A stretch of DNA of 64,000 bases from Burkholderiales bacterium (GTDB lineage: Bacteria > Pseudomonadota > Gammaproteobacteria > Burkholderiales > SG8-39), in assembly GCA_038904015.1 (NCBI GenBank), contig JBCKKZ010000003.1, forward strand, positions 2,068 to 66,067. Direction: 5' to 3'. A model generated the notes under the pieces. The model made no database searches. It saw only the letters and a program-made list of their open reading frames with translations, and was not told where the DNA came from. The position numbers and the translations under genes are program-made. Below are positions 54,752 to 63,547 of this stretch, one piece after another; position 1 is the first letter of the stretch, and every line of letters starts with the position of its first letter.

Positions 54752-56839
54752 ATGGTCAAAAAGATTCTTCAACCGTTGCATTTTCTCAATCGGGAACTCG
54801 GCCTGCTCGAGTTCAACCGGCGCGTCCTGGCTCAGGCGGCGGACGATTCGGTGCCGCTGCTCGAGCGGCTGCGATTTCTCACCATCGTCTCCTCCAACCT
54901 CGACGAATTCTTCGAGATCCGGGTCGCCGGGCTGAAGGAGCGGATCAAGATCGGCATCAAGGGAACAGGCCCCGATGGCCGCGGCCCGGCGGAAGTGTTC
55001 GAGCTGGTCGCGGCGCAGGCCCATGCCCTGGTCGGCGAACAGTACCGGCTGCTGAACAGCGTCCTCTTGCCCGCGCTGGCGAAACAGGGTGTGATTTTTC
55101 CGCGCCGGGAGGACTGGACCGAACCGCAGCGCGCCTGGATCCGCGATTACTTCATGCGCGAGCTGCTCCCCGTCCTCACGCCGATCGGCCTCGACCCGGC
55201 GCATCCGTTTCCGCGCGTGCTGAACAAGAGCTTGAATCTGGCGATCGAGCTCGAAGGCCGCGATTCCTTCGGCCGCAAGTCGCGCGCCGCCATCGTCCAG
55301 GCGCCGCGCGCGCTGCCGCGGGTGATCCGGCTGCCCGCGGACGTCGCGGGCGCGGAGTACGCGTTCGTGTTCCTGTCCTTGATCCTGCATGCGCACGTGG
55401 AAGAGCTGTTCTCGGGCATGGAAGTGCGCGGCTGCCACCAGTTCCGCGTGACGCGCAATTCGAACCTCTTCGTGGACGAGGAAGAGATCAAGAACATGCG
55501 CATCGCGATCCAGGGCGAGCTGCTGCAGCGCCACTTCGGCGACGGGGTGCGGCTGGAAGTGGCCGACAGTTGCTCGCAGCAGACCGTCGATTTCCTGCTG
55601 CAGCAGTTCGGCCTGTCCGCGTCCGACCTGTACCGCGTCGACGGCCCGGTCAACCTGTACCGGCTGAGTGAAGTGACGGACCGGGTGGACCGGCCCGACC
55701 TGAAGTACCCGGCATTCCAGCCGGCGCCGCCGCCGGCGCTCGCCGGCCAGCGCGACATCTTCGCGGTGCTGAAAAGGGAGGACGTGCTGCTGCACCATCC
55801 CTATGAATCCTTCCTGCCGGTCATCGACTTCATCCGCACCTCGGTGACCGATCCGCAGGTGATCGCGATCAAGCAGACCGTGTACCGCACCGGGACCGAC
55901 TCCGAGCTGATGGAGATCCTGGTCGAGGCGGCGCGGCGCGGCAAAGAAGTCACGGTGGTACTGGAACTCATGGCGCGCTTCGACGAGGAAGTGAACATCA
56001 CCTGGGCATCGCGCCTGGAGGAGACCGGTGCGCACGTGGTCTACGGCGTCGTCGGTCACAAGACGCATGCCAAGATGGCGCTGGTGGTGCGTCGCGAGGA
56101 CGGCCCGCAGGGCACCACCGTGCTGCGACGCTACGCGCACCTTTCGACCGGAAATTACCATCCGCGCACGGCGCGCCAGTACACCGACTTCGGCCTGCTC
56201 ACCGCGCATGAGGAAATATGCGCGGAGGTCAACGATGTCTTCAAGCAGCTGACCGGCTTGGGCAAATCGAGCCGCATGAAGCTGCTGTGGCTGTCGCCGT
56301 TCACGCTGCACAAGCGCGTGGTCGCGGCGGTGCGCAACGAGGTGCGCCTGGCGAAGGAAGGCAAGCCGGCGCGCATCATCGCGAAGATGAACGCGCTGCT
56401 CGAACCCGAGTTGATCGAGGAACTGTACGCGGCCTCGCAGGCGGGGGTGCAGATCGACCTGATCGTGCGCGGCGTGTGCGCGCTGCGCCCCGGCGTCGCC
56501 GGCCTGTCGGAGAACATCCGCGTGCGCTCGGTGGTCGGGCGGTTCCTCGAACACACCCGCATCTGCTATTTCCAGAACGAGGGCGCCGGGGACGTCTACC
56601 TTTCGAGCGCCGACTGGATGGACCGCAATTTCTTCCGCCGCATCGAGCTCGCCTTCCCGGTGCTTGACCCGGCCCTCAAAGCCCGCGTCATCAATGAAGG
56701 CCTGCAGGCCTATCTTGACGACGCGAGCCAGACCTGGATCATGACCTCGGAGGGCACCTACAACGCGCCGGCGCCGCGCCGCGGCAAGGCGCGCGTGGTG
56801 CAGGAGGAACTGCTGCGCACCCTCGCGCCCGCGGCCTGA
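54752..56839 (+). CDS. ppk1: polyphosphate kinase 1
   Basis: FLNRELGLLEFNRRVLAQA...RFLTIVSSNLDEFFEIRVAGL...HAKMALVVRRE...YLSSADWMDRNFFRRIE. Confidence 0.95.
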   Translation: MVKKILQPLHFLNRELGLLEFNRRVLAQAADDSVPLLERLRFLTIVSSNLDEFFEIRVAGLKERIKIGIKGTGPDGRGPAEVFELVAAQAHALVGEQYRLLNSVLLPALAKQGVIFPRREDWTEPQRAWIRDYFMRELLPVLTPIGLDPAHPFPRVLNKSLNLAIELEGRDSFGRKSRAAIVQAPRALPRVIRLPADVAGAEYAFVFLSLILHAHVEELFSGMEVRGCHQFRVTRNSNLFVDEEEIKNMRIAIQGELLQRHFGDGVRLEVADSCSQQTVDFLLQQFGLSASDLYRVDGPVNLYRLSEVTDRVDRPDLKYPAFQPAPPPALAGQRDIFAVLKREDVLLHHPYESFLPVIDFIRTSVTDPQVIAIKQTVYRTGTDSELMEILVEAARRGKEVTVVLELMARFDEEVNITWASRLEETGAHVVYGVVGHKTHAKMALVVRREDGPQGTTVLRRYAHLSTGNYHPRTARQYTDFGLLTAHEEICAEVNDVFKQLTGLGKSSRMKLLWLSPFTLHKRVVAAVRNEVRLAKEGKPARIIAKMNALLEPELIEELYAASQAGVQIDLIVRGVCALRPGVAGLSENIRVRSVVGRFLEHTRICYFQNEGAGDVYLSSADWMDRNFFRRIELAFPVLDPALKARVINEGLQAYLDDASQTWIMTSEGTYNAPAPRRGKARVVQEELLRTLAPAA

Positions 56840-56854
56840 ACGGGCGGCGGCCGG

Positions 56855-57310
56855 TCAGGGTCGCAGGTAGGAGAACCCCTCGCGCTGCTGCAGGCGGGTG
56901 ATCTCGGCCACGCCAGAAGGCACGTAAACCGCTTCCTCGATGAATTGGTCCTTGGTCAGCTTGCGGTTGCGCAGCGTGATTTCGCAGATGTCGAATTTCA
57001 CGCCCTGGCTCTTGAGGTCCTGAACGATCGCTTCGTAGGGATTACCGTTGGCGTCCTTCTTGCCCTTCATCAGGTAGTCGACGCCCAGCGCGTGCGCCAC
57101 GACCACGATGCGCGCCTTGGGATTGACTTCCAGATGATTGCGAACGTTGCGCAGGCCGTTGCTTGCCTGCGCCAGGCCTTCGCCCAGGTGATAGACCACC
57201 TTGTCGGGACCGACGGGGTCGGTGAGCGAGCCGCCGGTGTTGGCGCAGCCGGAAAGCACGACAAGTGCGGCAAGCAGGGCGGCAAACTTTGGCATCGTGG
57301 ATTTCGTCAT
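56855..57310 (-). CDS. DsrE/DsrF-like family lipoprotein
   Basis: Lipobox ALVVLSGC. ...KVVYHLGEG...ARIVVVAHALGVDYL...GVKFDICEITL. Directly downstream of soxZ. Confidence 0.55.
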   Translation of the reverse strand: MTKSTMPKFAALLAALVVLSGCANTGGSLTDPVGPDKVVYHLGEGLAQASNGLRNVRNHLEVNPKARIVVVAHALGVDYLMKGKKDANGNPYEAIVQDLKSQGVKFDICEITLRNRKLTKDQFIEEAVYVPSGVAEITRLQQREGFSYLRP

Positions 57311-57456
57311 TTGTGTTCTCCTCGCGTGCGTAGAAAAAGCCATTATAGGTGTCCTGCGGTGCGCTCGAAATCCGCGTGGGCGAAGGCGTGGGCCAGCGCT
57401 CTTCGCGGCGGGATGCGGTAATGTCCGAGAAACGCTTCGGCCGTTGCGGGCTGCGG

Positions 57457-57768
57457 TCAGGCGACCGCGGTTTCGGTCTTGTTGGTCTCCCCCTTGTTGT
57501 CGAGCCAGCTGATCTCGATTTTGTCGCCGCCCTTGGCGCCCTTTAGCCGGAACGAGAACACCGGGTTGCGCGACACGGCCTGGCTGATCTGGCCCTCGAT
57601 CACGGTCTTGCCGTTCAGCTTCACCGTGACTTCCTGGATGAAGTGCGTCGGGACGATCTTGCCGGCGCTGTCCTTGCGCTGCCCGGTCTCCATTGGGTGG
57701 CCCATCAGCACGCGGACATCGGCGGTGTCGCCCTTGAGTGTCGCCCGGATTTTCATCGGTTCCGCCAT
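57457..57768 (-). CDS. soxZ: thiosulfate-oxidation carrier protein SoxZ
   Basis: MKIRATLKGDTADVRVLMGHPMETGQRKD...HFIQEVTVKLNGKTV. 1 nt after soxY. Confidence 0.85.
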   Translation of the reverse strand: MAEPMKIRATLKGDTADVRVLMGHPMETGQRKDSAGKIVPTHFIQEVTVKLNGKTVIEGQISQAVSRNPVFSFRLKGAKGGDKIEISWLDNKGETNKTETAVA

Positions 57769-57769
57769 G

Positions 57770-58219
57770 TCAGCCTCCGCATCCGCCGATGGTGACCTTC
57801 ACTTCCTTGACCGCGGTGAAAAACCTACCGCCGGCCTCGGCCACCACGCGCACGTTGGATGATTCGCCCATCTTGACGTTGACCCTGACGAAGGGCGCCG
57901 CGCCTTCCATGAAGTCGAACTTGGCGATGAGCGGGAAGGCGTTCTTGTCGATCAGCACCGCGATCGACTTTGTGTTCGGCAGGTTACTCGTTACCTCGAT
58001 CGGCACCGCGGCGCCGTTCTCGGCGATCTGTGGCGCGTCGATCACGATGTCCTTGCTGTCGGCCGGGCTCGCCGCGCCGAGGCTCTTGAGCGCCTCGGCC
58101 AGGCTCTTCGAGCCGAACGCTTCCTTGTTCCAGCCCGTGGCGAGCGCCCGCAGCGGCTGCAGCAAGAGGAGCGCGGCCACGCTTGCCGCCTTCAGCGTCA
58201 TTCTTCGAATTGCGAACAT
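57770..58219 (-). CDS. soxY: thiosulfate-oxidation carrier protein SoxY
   Basis: Signal peptide, then ...APQIAENGAAVPIEV... and the diagnostic C-terminus VKVTIGGCGG*. Confidence 0.85.
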   Translation of the reverse strand: MFAIRRMTLKAASVAALLLLQPLRALATGWNKEAFGSKSLAEALKSLGAASPADSKDIVIDAPQIAENGAAVPIEVTSNLPNTKSIAVLIDKNAFPLIAKFDFMEGAAPFVRVNVKMGESSNVRVVAEAGGRFFTAVKEVKVTIGGCGG

Positions 58220-58362
58220 GTCTCCTCCATTGCGGCTTCGCAGCCGGAATCGCCGCTAAGATGCTAACGGTTTGCGGCGCCCGGCGTCAATCGCGTGTGC
58301 AACAATACCCGGCAGCGGCGCATTGCGGGTTCTGCCATACAGGAAGAAAAAGGGGCGCACCA

Positions 58363-58851
58363 ATGACGAGAACCATCCGTCTGTTCGCGGCGGCGCTGGC
58401 GGCGGCCTTCGGCGCGGCGGCCCTGGCGGCCGATCCGCACCCGGTCGTCACCTACTCGAAGCAAGCGAAGTTCGAGGAGGTTCGCGACGATCTGAAGCTC
58501 GCGATCGAAGACCGGGGCCTCGTCATCGACTATCAGTCGTTCGTCAACCGGATGCTCGAGCGCACCGGCAAGGATGTCGGTTCGGCGCGCAAGCTCTACG
58601 CCGATGCGCAGGCGTTCGTGTTCTGCAGCGCCGCGTTGTCGCGCAAGGCTATGGAAGCCGATCCCGCGAACATGGCGTTGTGTCCGTACAGCATCACCGT
58701 GTACGCGGTGGCGGGCGAGCCGGAGAAGGTCTACGTTTCGTATCGGCGCGTCTGGCGCCCGGACGGCTCTGCGGCGTCCAGGGCGGCGCTCAAGGAGGTC
58801 GACGCGCTGCTTGACGGCATCGCCCGCGAGGCGGTGGGCCTGAAGAAATGA
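58363..58851 (+). CDS. exported DUF302-domain protein
   Basis: Signal peptide MTRTIRLFAAALAAAFGAAALA. ...FEEVRDDLKLAIEDRGLVIDYQSFV...FCSAALSRKAMEADPANMALCPYSITVY. Confidence 0.65.
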   Translation: MTRTIRLFAAALAAAFGAAALAADPHPVVTYSKQAKFEEVRDDLKLAIEDRGLVIDYQSFVNRMLERTGKDVGSARKLYADAQAFVFCSAALSRKAMEADPANMALCPYSITVYAVAGEPEKVYVSYRRVWRPDGSAASRAALKEVDALLDGIAREAVGLKK

Positions 58852-58905
58852 CAGGCGCGGTCTGTAGCGTGAGCCGGTGGCAAACCCTGCTTGAGGAGAT
58901 CGGAT

Positions 58906-59805
58906 ATGTCTTTGGCAAGCGCATTGGGCGCGAAGTTGACACGAAGCGGGGCCGCCTTTCTTCTGCTTCTTGCCGCCGCGCCCGTCGGCGCACAGCAGAC
59001 GCGCCAGGTCGAGGCGCCCTGGTGGTGGGACGACGCCTGGTGGACGGAAGGCCGTCTGCTGTCGTCGCCATCGCACCCCGTCGAGACGAAGGAGCTGACG
59101 TACAAGAGCGGCGGCGAAGATGTCGCGGCGCTTCTGCTGCGCCCCAAGAGCGGCGGCAAGTACCCGCCGGTGCTTTTCGTGCACGGCCGGCGCGGCCTTG
59201 ACGATGTGAACCGGGCGCATGCGCGGCGCCTCGCGGCGCAAGGCTTCGTCGTGCTCGCCCCGGACCTCTACCTGCTCCGGTTCATCCCGCAGATGCCGAT
59301 CGAACACGACTATGTCCTCGAGGATGACACCGCCGCCGGCCTCGACCACCTGCTGACTTTGCCCGGGATTTCCGCCTCGCGCGCCTGCCTTTACTCGATC
59401 TCGCGCGGCGGTTACTACGCGCTCAAGGCGGCCGTGACCAAGAAGCGGCAGGAGACCGGCGTCGCCTGTTATGTCGGTTACTACCCCCACCTGCAAGACC
59501 CCAACGCCCCCGAGCCGATGCAGGTCTATCGCTTCGCCCCCGAGGCCGAAAGCCTGCGGGTTCCGGCCTTCTTCCTTCTCGGCGATGCCGAGCAGTACCA
59601 GCGCCGCCGGGGCATCGAGATGGCGGCGGAAGCGATGCGCGCTAAAGGGAGCGACGTGACAGTCGCGCTTTACCCGGGTGTCGGACGCGGGTTCGATTTC
59701 CGCGAACGGCAGGTCCGCACCTTTGCCGACGACCTGGCCGCTCGTGACGCAATACAGCGCGCGGGCGCCTTCATGCGCCGGCATATGCAACCTTTCGCGC
59801 GCTAA
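58906..59805 (+). CDS. dienelactone hydrolase-family protein (exported)
   Basis: gaggag SD plus ATG 58906. ...YPPVLFVHGRRGLDDVNRAHARRLAAQGFVVLAPDLY... Confidence 0.7.
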   Translation: MSLASALGAKLTRSGAAFLLLLAAAPVGAQQTRQVEAPWWWDDAWWTEGRLLSSPSHPVETKELTYKSGGEDVAALLLRPKSGGKYPPVLFVHGRRGLDDVNRAHARRLAAQGFVVLAPDLYLLRFIPQMPIEHDYVLEDDTAAGLDHLLTLPGISASRACLYSISRGGYYALKAAVTKKRQETGVACYVGYYPHLQDPNAPEPMQVYRFAPEAESLRVPAFFLLGDAEQYQRRRGIEMAAEAMRAKGSDVTVALYPGVGRGFDFRERQVRTFADDLAARDAIQRAGAFMRRHMQPFAR

Positions 59806-59815
59806 GGGAAATCAG

Positions 59816-59864
59816 GGACAGACCACGTTTTCCTGCTGCATAAATCGAAAAACGTGGTCTGTCC
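59816..59864. other. perfect 16-bp inverted repeat with 17-nt loop between convergent genes
   Basis: ggacagaccacgtttt (59816-59831) pairs with aaaacgtggtctgtcc (59849-59864). No flanking U/T tract on either strand. Confidence 0.7.
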
Positions 59865-59964
59865 ACGCTCGGAGGCGGCGAACAGGCCCACCGCACTACG
59901 CGGGACCTGCTCGTACAAGAAGGCGCCTTACGTCCAGCTGATCAAGGACTGAGTTTCCGACCGG

Positions 59965-61758
59965 TCAATCCGGCCCCAGGTGGGCGAGCAGTTGCGTCGC
60001 CCAGGCGAAGGCGCCCTCCGGAGGCGGGCGCACGCCGGGGGCGAGCGCGTCGCGGGCGCGGACGGCGAGCGCGTCGTCGCCAAGCCCGAGACTCGCGAGG
60101 AGCAGGATCGCCGAGGGCGACGGCGCGTGGCCGTCGCTCACCACCGCCTCGGGTTCGAGACCCGCGAGCAGCGGCTTCGCCTGCCGCATCCAGCCGTCGC
60201 GGTAGAACTCGCTCCAGGCCGCGCGCGCGATCGCCGCGCCCAGCGCGCGGTCCTCGGCCGATTTGGTGAACGCGGCGTAGCGCGCCAGGCCCCAGGCGAC
60301 AAAAGCGTAGTCTTCGAGTTCGCCCGCGCCGCCCTTCGCCGTGCCGCCGAGCTTGCGCAGCGTCTTGCCGTCCCAGAGCGATCGTTGGATAAAGCGGCGC
60401 AGCGCCGCGGCATCCCTGGCGGCGCCGGCGTGGTGCGGCGCCGCGGCGGCGAGCGCGGCGAGCGCGAGCCCGTTCCAGCCCGCGAGCAGCTTGCCGTCGC
60501 GCGGGCTTTTCTCGGCGGCGCGCGCCGCGCGCAGGCGCGCGTAAGCGCTGTCGAGGAGCCTGCGCTCGGCCGCGCCCGGCGCAAGCGCCTCGTGCGCCAG
60601 CACGCCGTGTGCGTGCGCCGGCGCCGCGACGATGCCCCACACCCGCGTCACCGCCGCGCGCTCGGCGGCGGGCAGCGCTCTGGCGAGCTGCGCCGGGGTC
60701 CACCGGTAGCGCCCGCCGTCGCGTCCGCGCGCGCTTTCGGCGGACAGTCCGGCGGCGAAGGCGCCCGCCTGCGCGTCCCAGAGCTCGCGGCGCATGAACT
60801 CCAGCGTCTCCAGGGCGACCTCCCGGTAGAGCGGCTCCCGCATGACCTGCGCCGCGCGCAGGTACACGAGCGCGAGCAGCGCATTGTCGGCGAGCATCTT
60901 TTCGAAGTGCGGCTCGCTCCAATCCGGGTCGACGGTGTAGCGGAAGAATCCGCCCCAGAGATGGTCGCGCAGCGCCTGTGTGCGCATGGCCTCGAGCGTG
61001 ACGCGCAGGATCTCGGCGATCTGCGCATCGGGCGCGCGGCGCTCTAGCTCGAGCAGCGCGAGCAGTTGCGGCGCGGAGGGAAACTTGGCGGTCGAACCGA
61101 AGCCGCCGCGCAGCAGGTCGGCGCGCTCAAGCGCGTCGGCGACAAAGCGGGCGCGCAGCGCCGCTACGTTACCGGCGTCGGGCGCGATGCGCGGCCGCGC
61201 GCGGGCTCCGGCCGGAGCGGCCGAGGCGCGTGCGCCCGCCACGAGCGCCTCACGCTCCTCGCGCCAGCGCCTCGCCCAGCCGGCGATGGTGGCGCGAAAC
61301 GCCTCCGCGGGCTCGTAGAACCCGGCGGCGGCGGCGTAGCCATCGGGGGTGACAAGCACTTGCAGCGGCCAGCCGCGCCGCCCGGCGTGGCGGTGGGCGA
61401 ACGCCTGCAGCGCGGCGTCGAGGGCGCTATCGAGCTCCCGGTCGACCTTGACCGGTACGAAATTGCGGTTGATGAGGGCGGCGGTCTCCGGGTTGCGGAA
61501 GCTTTCCCTTTGCAGCACGTGGCACCAGTGGCAGGCGAAGAATCCCACCGAGACGAGTAGCGGCACGTTCCTGCGGCGCGCTTCGGCGAGCGCCGCCGCG
61601 TTCCACGGTCGCCACGCCACCGGATCGGCGGCGTGCATCGCCAGGTAAGGCGAGGGCTCGCCGGCAAGGCGGCTCACCGCCGCCATGGGCGCGCTCGCCG
61701 ATGCCGCCAGTGCGACGACAAGCGCCGGCGCAGCCAGTCGCCTGAACAGCCTCCTCAT
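59965..61758 (-). CDS. exported thioredoxin-domain protein (YyaL/DUF255-like, N-terminal Trx fold + alpha-toroid region)
   Basis: Signal peptide ...AASASAPMAA. ...NVPLLVSVGFFACHWCHVLQRESFRNPETAALINRNFVPVKVDRE... Confidence 0.8.
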   Translation of the reverse strand: MRRLFRRLAAPALVVALAASASAPMAAVSRLAGEPSPYLAMHAADPVAWRPWNAAALAEARRRNVPLLVSVGFFACHWCHVLQRESFRNPETAALINRNFVPVKVDRELDSALDAALQAFAHRHAGRRGWPLQVLVTPDGYAAAAGFYEPAEAFRATIAGWARRWREEREALVAGARASAAPAGARARPRIAPDAGNVAALRARFVADALERADLLRGGFGSTAKFPSAPQLLALLELERRAPDAQIAEILRVTLEAMRTQALRDHLWGGFFRYTVDPDWSEPHFEKMLADNALLALVYLRAAQVMREPLYREVALETLEFMRRELWDAQAGAFAAGLSAESARGRDGGRYRWTPAQLARALPAAERAAVTRVWGIVAAPAHAHGVLAHEALAPGAAERRLLDSAYARLRAARAAEKSPRDGKLLAGWNGLALAALAAAAPHHAGAARDAAALRRFIQRSLWDGKTLRKLGGTAKGGAGELEDYAFVAWGLARYAAFTKSAEDRALGAAIARAAWSEFYRDGWMRQAKPLLAGLEPEAVVSDGHAPSPSAILLLASLGLGDDALAVRARDALAPGVRPPPEGAFAWATQLLAHLGPD

Positions 61759-61771
61759 GAGGCGCAGCCGC

Positions 61772-63520
61772 CTATCTGGCGCCGCGCCAAGGCTGCACTT
61801 CGGGGCTGTCGGATATCGCCTTCGGCAACGGCCGCTTGAGGGTGATGCGGTTCAGTTCCGGGTTCGCCGTCCGGTTCGGCAGCGAGTTCAGGTAGCGCAC
61901 CACGACCTCGACGCCATCGAGCACCTGCCCGCGCTCGTCCTTCAGCACCTGCACGTTCTTGACCGGCACGACGTTGATGAGGTCCGGGTCATTGGCGTAG
62001 TGGTACGAGGCGTACGTGTATGTCCGCTCCGGGTTCAGGGCTTCCCACCCGTTCGAGCTGCGATTGAACACTTTGATGTCGGAGGCGCGCTTGCCGCTGG
62101 CTTCGTACGGATCGAGCTGTATCGTCACGCCGGAGAAATTGAACAGCCACCCCCCGGTCCAATTCTGCACCTGCGGGTTGAGCGAGCCGTCGGCGCTGTT
62201 CTCGATCTGCCCCTTCAGTTGCCGGCCGGCGATCTCGCCCTTGGCGATCATCGGGCCGATCGGGATGAAGTGATACAGATCCTCCATGCGGATCGGTCCC
62301 GGCGCGACATGCGTGCCGTAGCGAAAGCCCCGGATCGCGCCGATGTCGGCGCCGGTTTGCGCGCGGAACGCATCGGCGAGGAAGTCGTGCGAGGAGCCTT
62401 CGATCACCGCCGGCATCGCCTCATGCGAGAAGTTGCTCCGGTGCAGAGGGATCGCGGTGCGGCCGACCACGGTGTCGATCGGGCGTTGCAGGCGTGCGCC
62501 GTTGAACGGGTTCACGTGCTGCGTGAACGCCGGGCCGGAGACGAAGGTCCTGCGCACCTCGTTCACCGCGGCGGCGATGGTCGGATGCTCGGCGATGCGG
62601 CTGTCGATCACGTGCAGCCGGTGCTGCCAGTCCTTCACCTTGCCGCCCTCAATCGCCAGCGTGATCTCGCCGATGACCGTGCCGTCCTGCCCTTCATCGA
62701 CGATGAGCGTGCCGCCTTTCGTGACGTAGGGCTTGCGCGAGATCTCGTGCATGTCCGACGACAGCACGACGTCGATGCCCGGGATCGCCTCGGCCAGGCG
62801 GATGTTGTTCGCCATCCCCATCTCGGAGGCCATGACCACCACGTCCACCGCATGCTTGCCGCGCAGTTCGGCCACCATGGCCTTCACCTCGGCATCGACC
62901 TCGGTGCCGTTCTTCAGGAAGCGAAAGCCTTTCGTCACCGCGCGGCCGACGACCTGCGGTCCGCGGTCGGTCGTCAAACCGAGGATGCCGATCTTCACGC
63001 CGCCCACGTTGCGAATCACGTACGGAGGCAGCACGCGTTCGCCCTTCTTCGCCGCGTACGGTTCGCCGTCGTAGTACACGTTGGCCGCGATCGTGGTCCA
63101 CGGCGCCTTGGGGCTGGGACTCGCGAACAGTTCGATGAAGCGCTCGGTGCCGTAGACGAACTCCCAGTTGCCCGGCGCGAAGACGTCGATCTTGAAGTGA
63201 TTGAGGACGTCGACGAGCGCCTGACCGCGCGTGTACAGCGCCTCGGCCGAACCCTGGATCGTGTCGCCGGTGTTGATCAGCAGGTGGTTCGGTTTGGCGC
63301 GGCGAATCTCCTCGATGCGCGTAAACATGCGCGCCAGTCCGCCCTGCATGCGGCCTTCGCCATCCGAGCGCAGATGCGGACGCGGAACGAGGTGCCCGTG
63401 CACGTCGCCCATGTGGATCAAGGTCACCTGTCGCGGCCCGCTTTGCATCAGGCCCGCGCAGGCGGCGAGCACACCGGTCGCACACGCCGCAGCCGCCAGC
63501 ATGAGCACTGGTTTCTTCAT
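61772..63520 (-). CDS. soxB: SoxB-like thiosulfohydrolase (metallophosphatase/5'-nucleotidase family)
   Basis: ...LIHMGDVHGHL...INTGDTIQGS...GNWEF... dinuclear metallophosphatase motifs plus a 5'-NT C-terminal domain. Size (~580 aa) and sox neighbourhood support SoxB. Lipoprotein-like rather than Tat signal. Confidence 0.6.
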   Translation of the reverse strand: MKKPVLMLAAAACATGVLAACAGLMQSGPRQVTLIHMGDVHGHLVPRPHLRSDGEGRMQGGLARMFTRIEEIRRAKPNHLLINTGDTIQGSAEALYTRGQALVDVLNHFKIDVFAPGNWEFVYGTERFIELFASPSPKAPWTTIAANVYYDGEPYAAKKGERVLPPYVIRNVGGVKIGILGLTTDRGPQVVGRAVTKGFRFLKNGTEVDAEVKAMVAELRGKHAVDVVVMASEMGMANNIRLAEAIPGIDVVLSSDMHEISRKPYVTKGGTLIVDEGQDGTVIGEITLAIEGGKVKDWQHRLHVIDSRIAEHPTIAAAVNEVRRTFVSGPAFTQHVNPFNGARLQRPIDTVVGRTAIPLHRSNFSHEAMPAVIEGSSHDFLADAFRAQTGADIGAIRGFRYGTHVAPGPIRMEDLYHFIPIGPMIAKGEIAGRQLKGQIENSADGSLNPQVQNWTGGWLFNFSGVTIQLDPYEASGKRASDIKVFNRSSNGWEALNPERTYTYASYHYANDPDLINVVPVKNVQVLKDERGQVLDGVEVVVRYLNSLPNRTANPELNRITLKRPLPKAISDSPEVQPWRGAR

Positions 63521-63547
63521 CGTTCGTCCTCTTGAGATGTCGTACCG

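Noticed and set aside
54674-56554. 626-aa ORF on the minus strand
   Set aside because: Antisense to ppk1, whose plus-strand translation is unmistakable. Low-complexity Arg/Asp/His-rich product.
59942-60922. 326-aa and other alternative-frame ORFs inside 59965-61758
   Set aside because: Alternative frames of the YyaL-like thioredoxin protein. Extremely Arg/Ala/Gly-rich.
61685-63535. 616-aa ORF on the plus strand
   Set aside because: Antisense to the SoxB-like gene, which has metallophosphatase motifs. Shadow ORF.
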